A stretch of 64,000 bases of DNA from Sphingobacteriales bacterium (GTDB taxonomy: Bacteria; Bacteroidota; Bacteroidia; Chitinophagales; LD1): positions 205,308 to 269,307 of the forward strand of contig JADFDM010000001.1 of assembly GCA_018262795.1 (NCBI GenBank), written 5' to 3'. The notes below the pieces were generated by a model that worked only from the letters and a program-made list of their open reading frames with translations, did not search any database and was not told the origin of the DNA. The translations under genes and the position numbers were made by a program. Below, piece by piece: positions 28,540 to 37,500 of this stretch (positions within the stretch are counted from its first letter, which is position 1; each line of letters begins with the position of its first letter).

Positions 28540-29753
28540 TTCTATTGCCCATTATATTTCTTCTCTCTGTGGCTGCGCTGCTCTACTCTTACGGCCTCTA
28601 CCCTTTTTTGCTGAAATGGGTAGCTGTGGGGAAAAAGGAGAATGATCAAGTGTATGCCCCCGATGATGCTCATCTCCCGGAAGTTTGTATCATTTTCTCC
28701 GCTTACAACGAAGAGAAGGTGATCGCTGAAAAACTTCAAAGTATTTTCCGAACAAATTACCCGGCTAACAAGTTAAGTGTATGGATTGGCTCCGATCATT
28801 CTGCCGACCAAACCAATTCAATCATTAACGACTACGCTTCCCGGAATGAAGGCTTACACTTTTTCCCCTTTACTGAGCGACAAGGAAAATCAAAAGTGCT
28901 GAACAAATTGGTGGCCCTGGTACAAACACAAAGTGATACCCTGCGCGAGCGAGTTTATATTTTTACGGATGCCAACGTGATGTTTACCCCCGACACCATT
29001 TTTCAATTAGTAAAACATTTTAAAAATAAAGAGGTGGGGCAGGTGGCGGCTCATATTAAAAACAGAGGAGTGCGCGAAGATGGAATTTCATTTCAGGAAT
29101 CGAGCTACATACAGCGCGAGAATCAAATCAAATATCTCGAAGGGTTGAATTGGGGCACCATGATGGGAGCCTTTGGCGCTTGCTATGCTATGCGGGCCGA
29201 TTGCTGGGCACCACTGCCGGCAAATACTTTAATGGAAGATTTCTATTTGAGCATGAATGTGCTGAAAACGGGTTTCAAAGCCATTAAGGAGATGGATGCA
29301 ATTTGCTTGGAGGACGTATCGAACGATATGGAGGAAGAATTTAAACGGAAAACGCGCATTCAAGCCGGCAACTTTCAAAATCTGAAATCGTATTGGCACT
29401 TGTTGTTTCAATTCAATGCCACTTCGTTCTGCTTTTTCTCCCATAAGTTTTTGCGGTGGATGGGACCTCTGTTTATTCTGTGCGCTTGGGCGAGCAATTT
29501 GGGGCTTCTGTTGCTGATCAATGAGGGGGGTAATTGGAGTCGCTTGTTTTTAGCGATCTTTATCGCACAATCGTTGCTCCTTATCAGCCCGCTGATCGAA
29601 AAATTTTTTAGAAATTTTGGAATGCACTTTAAGCTGCTTCGCTTTGCCGCTTACTTTTATTTAATGAACCTTGCGCTCGTTAAAGGAGCGGTGATGTATT
29701 TCAGAGGAGTGAAAACCAGCGCATGGAACCCTACAAAAAGAAATCTTACTTAA
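28536..29753 (+). CDS. membrane-integrated family 2 glycosyltransferase (processive synthase-like)
   Basis: 405 aa with an N-terminal TM helix, a GT-A core (IIFSAYNEEKVI, FTDANV, and QAGNF in the position of a QxxRW-type motif) and several C-terminal TM helices. ATGA overlap with the GT4 gene. Confidence 0.75.
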   Translation: MILLPIIFLLSVAALLYSYGLYPFLLKWVAVGKKENDQVYAPDDAHLPEVCIIFSAYNEEKVIAEKLQSIFRTNYPANKLSVWIGSDHSADQTNSIINDYASRNEGLHFFPFTERQGKSKVLNKLVALVQTQSDTLRERVYIFTDANVMFTPDTIFQLVKHFKNKEVGQVAAHIKNRGVREDGISFQESSYIQRENQIKYLEGLNWGTMMGAFGACYAMRADCWAPLPANTLMEDFYLSMNVLKTGFKAIKEMDAICLEDVSNDMEEEFKRKTRIQAGNFQNLKSYWHLLFQFNATSFCFFSHKFLRWMGPLFILCAWASNLGLLLLINEGGNWSRLFLAIFIAQSLLLISPLIEKFFRNFGMHFKLLRFAAYFYLMNLALVKGAVMYFRGVKTSAWNPTKRNLT

Positions 29754-29762
29754 ATCTTGATT

Positions 29763-31001
29763 ATGAAAAGTCAGTTGAATACAATTTCGGAAGCTATAGC
29801 CGAAATAAAGAAAGGTAAATTAGTGATTGTGGTAGATGATGAAGATCGCGAGAACGAAGGCGATTTTGTTGCTGCGGCCCACCACGTTACCCCCGAAACT
29901 ATCAATTTTATGGCCACCCACGGGCGGGGTTTAATTTGTATGCCCATGGCCGAAGAACTGTGCGACAGTCTCGGCCTTTCCCTCATGGTATCACAAAATT
30001 CTTCGCACCATGAAACTGCCTTTACCGTATCGGTTGATTTGATTGGGCAGGGTTGCACCACCGGTATTTCAGCTTCTGACCGCGCTAAAACGATTAGGCA
30101 GTTGGTAAAACCCGATGCCAAGCCGGAAGACTTCGCCCGCCCCGGACATATTTTTCCGCTGAAAGCAAAAACCGGAGGCGTGTTGCGCAGAGCCGGCCAC
30201 ACCGAAGCCACCGTTGATTTGGCTCGCTTGGCAGGGCTTGAACCAGCAGGGGTTTTGGTAGAAATTATGAATGCCGATGGCACCATGGCGCGGCTGCCCG
30301 ACTTATTGCGAATTGCGAAAAAGTTTAAGCTCAAGATTATTTCAATCAAGGATTTGATTGAGTATCGGATGCAGCACGAGCGCCTCGTAGTGCGCGAAGT
30401 GGAGGTGGATATGCCCAGCAAATATGGTCACTTTAGAGTGCGCGCTTATTCGCAACCCGGCTCTTCTGAGCCGCACCTCGCTATTATTAAAGGGGCTTGG
30501 GAAAAAGATGAGCCGGTGTTAGTGCGGGTGCATTCCTCTTGCTTAACGGGCGACATTCTGGGTTCCCTGCGCTGCGATTGTGGCGATCAGTTGAGCGCTT
30601 CTTTACAGCGTATCGAATCTGAAGGCAAAGGAGTAGTGCTATACATGCAGCAGGAGGGAAGGGGCATTGGGCTGCTCAATAAATTAAAAGCCTACCAATT
30701 GCAAGAGCAGGGCTTCGACACCTTTGAGGCCAATCTGCAATTAGGCTTGCCGATGGATGCGCGCGACTATGGCGTGGGGGCGCAAATATTGAATGATTTG
30801 GGAATCTCTAAGATGCGCCTGATGACCAATAACCCCAAGAAGAGAGTGGGCTTGATTGGCTACGGATTAGAGATTGTGGAGAATGTAGCCATTGAAGCAG
30901 CATCGAATCCCTACAACGAGAAATACCTGACCACCAAAAGAGATATAGGCGGCCACGAAATAATGGGAAAGAAGATAAAGAAGGTGAAGAAGAAAAGTTA
31001 A
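29763..31001 (+). CDS. ribBA: bifunctional 3,4-dihydroxy-2-butanone-4-phosphate synthase / GTP cyclohydrolase II
   Basis: [13 protein letters not shown] (RibB) and [23 protein letters not shown] (RibA zinc site). I prefer the ATG at 29763 to the TTG at 29757. Confidence 0.95.
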   Translation: MKSQLNTISEAIAEIKKGKLVIVVDDEDRENEGDFVAAAHHVTPETINFMATHGRGLICMPMAEELCDSLGLSLMVSQNSSHHETAFTVSVDLIGQGCTTGISASDRAKTIRQLVKPDAKPEDFARPGHIFPLKAKTGGVLRRAGHTEATVDLARLAGLEPAGVLVEIMNADGTMARLPDLLRIAKKFKLKIISIKDLIEYRMQHERLVVREVEVDMPSKYGHFRVRAYSQPGSSEPHLAIIKGAWEKDEPVLVRVHSSCLTGDILGSLRCDCGDQLSASLQRIESEGKGVVLYMQQEGRGIGLLNKLKAYQLQEQGFDTFEANLQLGLPMDARDYGVGAQILNDLGISKMRLMTNNPKKRVGLIGYGLEIVENVAIEAASNPYNEKYLTTKRDIGGHEIMGKKIKKVKKKS

Positions 31002-31085
31002 TGCGGCAATACGGCACTTCATCTCTTATCGTTAGATGATGCAGCAGCCCATCCATTTCTGAAATAAGGGTACCGGCAGCTTCGG

Positions 31086-32228
31086 TTAAGTCTTGGGTCT
31101 GCTCAACGTGAGCCAAAGCCATAAAAACCCAAGAGTACCCGCAATAAATGAGGAGATAAGGATGGCAATTTTTGAATCATTGATAATGTCGGAATCGGTA
31201 AACGCAAGCAGCGCAATAAAGATAGACATAGTGAAGCCGATGCCGCCTAAAAGACCTGCTCCGATAATGTTTTTCCATTTCAAATCGGGGGGTAAGGTGC
31301 AAAGCCCTACACTCGCTCCCACAAACGAAAAAAGAAAAATACCTACCGGCTTTCCAATCACCAGCCCGGCCATAATCCCCAAACTGTTTGTGTGCAATAA
31401 TCCGCTTTGCCAACCATCGCCCACGGCAATGCAAGTATTGGCCATGGCAAATACCGGCAGAATGATAAAGGCAACCGGTTTATGTAAGAAGTGCTGAAGA
31501 ATAAACGAAGGCGATTTTTCGCCTCCATTGCCAAATGGAATGGTAAAGGCTAATAAAACCCCCGCTATGGTCGCGTGAACCCCCGAGTGTATCATAAAAT
31601 ACCACATCGCTATTCCTCCAAGGAAATAGGGAAGCAGATGATACACTTTCAGTCGGTTTAAAAGGAGCAAAAAACCAAAGATGCCCAGGGCAATAAATAA
31701 ATGGAGAAAGGAAATAGAGGTGGTGTAGAAAATCGCAATGATGATAATTGCTCCCAAATCGTCCATCACGGCCAGGGCGGTTAAAAATATTTTTAATGAA
31801 GTAGGGACCCGATTGCCCAATAACGATAAAATGCCAATGGCAAAGGCAATATCAGTAGCCATGGGTATGCCCGCCCCTGCTTGCGTGCTGGTTCCAAAGT
31901 TGAGCAGTGTAAAAATTCCCGCAGGCACCAGTATGCCGCCCACCGCACCGAAGATGGGCAGCGAAGCATTTTTTAAAACAGAAAGCTCTCCGTCATAAAT
32001 TTCTCTTTCTAACTCTAAGCCAATCAGTAGAAAGAAAATGGTCATCCACCCATCATTAATCCAATGAACCAGACTGTGCCCGCCCAGGTCAAAGTGCCAA
32101 AAGTGAAGGTATGGAGTCTGCCAAGGCGAGTTGGCCAATGCCAGCGAAAGGAGAGTGACAAAAACTAAAACTAATCCCCCTGCTTTCTCACTCTCAAAAA
32201 AGTCATTAAAAAGTCCTGTTAATTTCAT
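31086..32228 (-). CDS. nhaA: Na+/H+ antiporter NhaA
   Basis: 380 aa, polytopic, with the GIPMATDIAFAIG motif. Confidence 0.92.
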   Translation of the reverse strand: MKLTGLFNDFFESEKAGGLVLVFVTLLSLALANSPWQTPYLHFWHFDLGGHSLVHWINDGWMTIFFLLIGLELEREIYDGELSVLKNASLPIFGAVGGILVPAGIFTLLNFGTSTQAGAGIPMATDIAFAIGILSLLGNRVPTSLKIFLTALAVMDDLGAIIIIAIFYTTSISFLHLFIALGIFGFLLLLNRLKVYHLLPYFLGGIAMWYFMIHSGVHATIAGVLLAFTIPFGNGGEKSPSFILQHFLHKPVAFIILPVFAMANTCIAVGDGWQSGLLHTNSLGIMAGLVIGKPVGIFLFSFVGASVGLCTLPPDLKWKNIIGAGLLGGIGFTMSIFIALLAFTDSDIINDSKIAILISSFIAGTLGFLWLWLTLSRPKT

Positions 32229-32274
32229 TCTATTCGTCTGCTTATGCGGGTTTTTCTATGCTTACCCAATGCGC

Positions 32275-32282
32275 CAAATATA
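32275..32282 (-). promoter_or_regulatory. putative -7 box TATATTTG (minus strand) for nhaA
   Basis: Perfect TAnnTTTG, 46 nt upstream of the nhaA ATG. Confidence 0.45.
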
Positions 32283-32597
32283 CGAAACTCACTCGCACGC
32301 CTATTGCAAACGCTTGCGGTGGTGGCGCTGCTTTGCTCTCAATATGCTTGGAGTGCTGCACTGCTATAAAGCGATTTTAGTAATCGCATTAGCATCCAAT
32401 CGCGGCTATCATGATAAGAGTCGGGAAGTATTAACTCCGACCTTTAGGTCGGAGAGATCTGGGTACCTATATCATAGGCCTTAGACCTGCCTACATTAAA
32501 AGTTATGGCTAAAGCCGATATAGTCTTTGGTAGTCCTTCTCCGCCATAAATGACGGAGTTATTTATGGTTTGCCCCTTAGGGGCTGCCCTCACTGAC

Positions 32598-33353
32598 CAC
32601 GTGCCCACTGCCGCCAATCACGTGCCCACTGCCGCCAATCACGTGCCCACTGCCACTCAGCACGTGCCCACTGCTGGTAAAAACATTCTTGCTGTGGGGA
32701 AAAACATTCTTACTGTGGGGAAAAACATTCTTACTGTGGGGAAAAACATTCTTACTGCTGGTAAAAACATTCTTACTGTGGGGAAAAACATTCTTACTGT
32801 GGGGAAAAACATTCTTACTGTGGGGAAAAACATTCTTACTGTGGGGAAAAACATTCTTACTGTGGGGAAAAACATTCTTACTGTGGGGAAAAACATTCTT
32901 ACTGTGGGGAAAAACATTCTTACTGTGGGGAAAAACATTCTTACTGTGGGGAAAAACATTCTTACTGTGGGGAAAAACATTCTTACTGCTGGTAAAAACA
33001 TTCTTACTGCTGGTAAAAACATTCTTGCTGTGGGGAAAAACATTCTTACTGTGGGGAAAAACATTCTTACTGCTGGTAAAAACATTCTTACTGTGGGGAA
33101 AAACATTCTTACTGCTGGTAAAAACATTCTTACTGTGGGGAAAAACATTCTTACTGTGGGGAAAAACATTCTTACTGCTGGTAAAAACATTCTTGCTGTG
33201 GGGAAAAACATTCTTGCTGTGGGGAAAAACATTCTTGCTGTGGGGAAAAACATTCTTGCTGTGGGGAAAAACATTCTTACTGCCAATAAAAACTTTTTCA
33301 CTGCGGCCAAAAACTTTTTCAAAGCCGGTAAAAATCTTCCCACAGTCAGTAAT
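32598..33353. repeat. head-to-tail tandem array of 36 units of 21 bp: 4 CACGTG-containing units, 29 near-identical core units and 3 decayed units
   Basis: I counted the units directly. 756 bp equals 36 x 21 with no spacers. The core unit is AACATTCTT[A/G]CTG[TG/CT]GG[G/T]AAA. Three track ORFs (two plus strand, one minus strand) run through it only because the unit lacks stops in 4 of 6 frames. Confidence 0.97.
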
Positions 33354-33537
33354 GCTATGTCAGCGGTGCAGAAAGTTCTGTCCGCCCTTGTTGGTGTTTA
33401 GTTCCCTGCTTTGAGGAAACCATACCGACACGTGGCAACAAAGGCGCAAAGACAGCAATTGGTATTCAAAATCCCCAATGAAAAAACGTTCACGCCTTAT
33501 GTGAAAACAGTAAACCGTAACCCGAAACAAAGAAAGT

Positions 33538-34296
33538 TTAGTTCTGATTCATTGTAAGAGCGGTGGAGTGCAGGTAGGGAACCGCCAAGCCGCACATCAC
33601 GCCTACGGCATAGCCGGTAATAATATCGGTCCAAAAATGCTTGCCGGCTTTAAAGCGCAAAAAGCCGGTGATGGCCGGGAACAGCGCACAGCTTGTCCAC
33701 ACCAAAGGCTTTAGTTTCGAGTGAGGGTTGTAATCGGAATACGTTTTGGCAAAGAAAAAACTCATGGTAGCGGTGGTAGAAGTGTGGCCGCTAAAGAAAG
33801 ATTTGAAATTATCTTTCTTCATTTTTCGTTCCAAAGGCACTTTAGAATTATAGAGCAGCGGCCTTTTGCGGCAAGCCAATTCTTTCACAAAGTTGGCAAT
33901 GGCAAAATTGAGCATCAGTGCTTCGGCCCCCATAGCGGCCACTTTGCCAAAGTCTTTCCGAGCATCTTTATTGGCCAAATTAATTAAAGGAATAGCCACG
34001 CTGGAGTATAGCATGGCATCGCTCACATAAGCGGCCACTTGATGGTATTGCCTCGTAGCGCCTCGGTCAAATTTATTCACATCATCGGGGTCCAGTTTCA
34101 GCACACTTTCTTTAGAAGGAAGGCTTTTGGTGCGGCCTATTAAAGCAGAGGCTCCCAGAAAACCAATGGCATTGGCCGATAGGGGCACTTCTACATTCAG
34201 CGATAGCTTATAAGGCGATTGAAACGACTGACTAATAGCTCTTTCGGGGCTGATGAGGAGGAAAAATGTCAAGGAGAAAAGTAGATTTTGAAGCAT
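33538..34296 (-). CDS. exported PAP2-family phosphatase
   Basis: Motifs KELACRKRP and SFFSGHTSTT, then RFKAGKHFWTD. With the ATG at 34296 the protein starts MLQNLLFSLTFFLLIS (signal-like). The track start at 34353 is a TTG. Confidence 0.8.
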   Translation of the reverse strand: MLQNLLFSLTFFLLISPERAISQSFQSPYKLSLNVEVPLSANAIGFLGASALIGRTKSLPSKESVLKLDPDDVNKFDRGATRQYHQVAAYVSDAMLYSSVAIPLINLANKDARKDFGKVAAMGAEALMLNFAIANFVKELACRKRPLLYNSKVPLERKMKKDNFKSFFSGHTSTTATMSFFFAKTYSDYNPHSKLKPLVWTSCALFPAITGFLRFKAGKHFWTDIITGYAVGVMCGLAVPYLHSTALTMNQN

Positions 34297-34548
34297 GATG
34301 CAAGTTACAATTTGCGGGGATTTAGAACGGTTGTTTTGCGCAGTTGTATTCAATTTGACTCAATCATGTTGAAAAGTAATCGGACGGATGTGGCGTTTAT
34401 TAAACTTTCGGGTGAAAATTTGTGTGTATTAAAAGAGGGGCAAATTTTTATAATTAACTTGCCCGAAACATTTTTGAGAAGCAAAGTAGTTGAACGAGGT
34501 GGGTCTTTGTCTTATTATCATATAATGAGCGATGCAACACTTAGTGAT

Positions 34549-34556
34549 TATTTTTG
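34549..34556 (+). promoter_or_regulatory. putative -7 box TATTTTTG for the PKD adhesin gene
   Basis: Perfect TAnnTTTG, 28 nt upstream of the GTG start at 34585. Confidence 0.5.
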
Positions 34557-34584
34557 CATCTGATTTAAAAACTAAAAGATTCTG

Positions 34585-37500
34585 GTGAGAAGGATTTTTA
34601 CACTAACCATACTGTTGATGATTATAGGTTTGCAGGCAAGGCTTGCGGCTCAAACAGTGTACTGCTTTTCTTCGGCTTCCGTTTTATCGGGTTGCCCCCC
34701 ATTGGTGGTTAATTTTACGGATGCCTCTATCGGCAGCCCCACCACTCATTATTGGGATTTCGACAACGGAGGCTTGGGCAATTCTAATGTTCAAAACCCT
34801 ACCTACACTTTTTTAAACCCCGGGGTGTATAATGTGAAGCATATCGTTTCGAATGCGACTTCGAGCGATACCTGTTACATCACCATACACGTATTTATTC
34901 CTCCCACGGTCAATTTCACTTCTCCGAATCACAACGGCTGCATCTTTCCTTGCCATACGGTAGATCTGGTAAATCTTTCCACTCCTGGCGAAAGTCCCAT
35001 TCAGGAATATGTTTGGAACTTTGGCGATGGCACCTTGCCCTTGTCGGTGTTGCCTCCTCAATCAAACTCTGACCATTGCTATAATCAAGTGGGGAGTTAT
35101 AATGTTACCCTAATTGTGCGCGATAGCAATACCTGTCAATCAAATTTGACCTTGAATAATTATGTGGTGATCGGTAATTTTCCTTCGGCCAATGCCATCG
35201 CTACTCCGATACAATCCTGCAACTCGCCTACGGTGGTCAACTTTACAGGGAGCGGCACCTCTACCAATGGCGCTATTACTTATGCTTGGTATTTTGGTAA
35301 CGGGGGAAACTCGGTGCAGCAAAATCCATCACAAGTATTTTTCAATGGTATTTACGACCCCATCTTGATCATTAGCGACACACTCGGCTGTCAGGATACC
35401 GCCTTCACGCATATAGAGATTACACAGCTAAGTGCAGGATTTAGTGTTCCGTTTACAAATGTTTGTAACGGTATTCCTATTCAGTTTACCGATACCAGCA
35501 ATTTTGCCTCCACTTGGCTTTGGGACTTCGGTGACGGAACCACCTCCAATCAAAAGAATCCCTCGCATACCTATACCGCTAACGGTAATTATACCGTTAC
35601 GCTTACCGTTTCTTATAATGGTTGTGTAGATGTGGAGACCCGAACCAATTACATTACCGTGACCACTCCGGTGCAGTTTACCTTTAGCGCCAGCGACACT
35701 TCCGATTGCTTTGCCCCCTTTGCCGTAAACTTTACCAGCAACGTATCGAGCGGAGGAACCCCTACTTATACTTGGGATTTTGGCGATAACAGCACTTCTA
35801 CTCAAGCTAATCCTTCGCATACTTATACCACAGAGGGTTCCTTTACAGTTTCCTTGACCGTATCCAGTCCGGGCGGATGCCAGAACACCAAGACTTACGC
35901 AAACTATATTAATGTGCATGTCATCAATGCTACTTTCAGCCTTGATTCCGATAAAGGATGCACCCCACTCACCGTTCATTTTACTAATAGCAGCACCTCT
36001 AATGTTCCCATCACCGGCTATCAATGGATTTTTGGAGATGGGGCAAGTTCAGCGCAAGCCAATCCGGTACATGTATATAATGCAGCAGGGCAATACACTC
36101 CTATACTGATTATCACCAATGCGGACGGATGTACAGATACCGCAACTTATCCGGGACTGATTGAAGTAGGCGGTGGTTTAATCCCCGATTTCAACGCACA
36201 GCCGCTGATTCAATGTGTGAATCAATCTATTTCATTCTATAATCTCACGCAGGGAGCCGGAGCCAATACTCATTACCTATGGGATTTTGGAGATGGAGAA
36301 ACCAGTATTCTTACCAACCCCGGCCATGCTTATTCTGATACCGGGTATTACGATATTACGCTCACCGTTATAAATCAGGGTTGCTCTGCCGAAAAGGAGA
36401 AGGTGAAGTATATTCTGATTATTGTTCCCAAGGCCGAGTTTGGATTTGAGTTTAACTGTAGCAGCCCTACCACAGTAGCTTTTAGCGATTCATCGCAGGG
36501 AGCCGATACTTGGTTCTGGGATTTTGGGGACGGCACTACCTCCAATCAACAAAGCCCCACGCACACTTTCCCTTCGCAGGCGGGGTACACGGTTACGCTT
36601 ACTGTTACCAATAACACTACCGGCTGTGTGGACTCTACCAAGAAAACACTGCCCATAGGAACACCGGCTGCAAACCTTTCATCAGACACTACACAGGGCT
36701 GTATCCCTTTGAAAATTAAATTTAAAGATGCATCTGTATTTGCCAGCACTTGGTTATGGATATTTGGGGATGGCACGACCAGTGCCTTGCAAAATCCGAT
36801 TCATACTTACAGTGATACAGGAAGGTACACGGTAACCCTTGTTATAAACCCCGGAGCCGCCTGCACCGATACAGTGACACAAGTCAATTACATCACCGCA
36901 TTTGGACTGAAACCGAGCTTGGTCGCTATCCCTTCGTCCGGCTGTTCCCCTTTAACGGTGGCGTTTAAAGATTCAAGTACTTCCTTTATGGGAAGTGTGA
37001 ATGCTTGGACTTGGGCTTTTGGCAATGGCGACAGCAGTCACGTGAAGAATCCGAATTACACTTATACTTCTAACGTGAATGCTACCTTTACCGTAAAACT
37101 CACGGTATCTGATACGCATGGTTGCAAAGCTTCTAAGTCGTTCAACGGAGTAAAGGTGTACCATCCCGTAGCGGCTTTCAGTTCCGATACTTTTGTTTGT
37201 CCCGGTGAACCGGTGAAGTTTACCAACCATTCCACAGGTGCTCAAGCTTACCATTGGTATTTTGGCGATGGCACTTCTTCTACTCAAGCTAATCCAACAC
37301 ATCTTTATACTAGCTCCGGAACTTACCCGGTTACCTTGGTGGCTATCAATTCCGCTTCAGGTTGTTCCGATTCCATTGTAATACCAAGCTATATCGTAGT
37401 GGAAATCCCTACGGCCGATTTCTTTGTTACCTCTAACTTTTCACCATGCCCGCCTTTCCCTGTTCAGTTCTACAATACTTCTAACCGAACCGATATCGAA

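Noticed and set aside
29754-29762. FMN riboswitch upstream of ribBA
   Set aside because: Only 3-9 nt separate the upstream GT2 stop from the ribBA start, so there is no room for a ~130-nt aptamer.
29771-30421. 216-aa ORF antisense to ribBA
   Set aside because: It lies entirely within a gene with unambiguous RibB/RibA motifs. Its product is low-complexity and rich in Ser, Arg and Pro, which is typical of antisense shadow ORFs.
32682-33290. Cluster of DnaA boxes (oriC or a datA-like titration site)
   Set aside because: The unit contains TGTGGGGAA, which matches the reverse DnaA-box consensus TGTGNAWAA at only 7 of 9 positions and misses conserved A/T positions. There is no dnaA gene or AT-rich unwinding element nearby.
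32598-33353. CRISPR array
   Set aside because: The units are contiguous 21-mers with no unique spacers between them. There are no cas genes in the window, and the repeat length is below the usual CRISPR range.
32550-33414. The three long ORFs through the repeat (32550-33401 +, 32689-33414 +, 32657-33343 -), considered as confident protein genes
   Set aside because: The 21-bp unit is stop-free in two forward and two reverse frames, so long ORFs arise automatically. They have no signal peptide and no promoter box, and they overlap one another. Coding in frame 0 is still possible and is discussed as a finding, but I do not call it as a CDS.
35428-36024. 198-aa ORF antisense to the PKD adhesin gene
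   Set aside because: It is a shadow ORF inside a gene with strong periodic PKD signatures. I recognise no motifs of its own.
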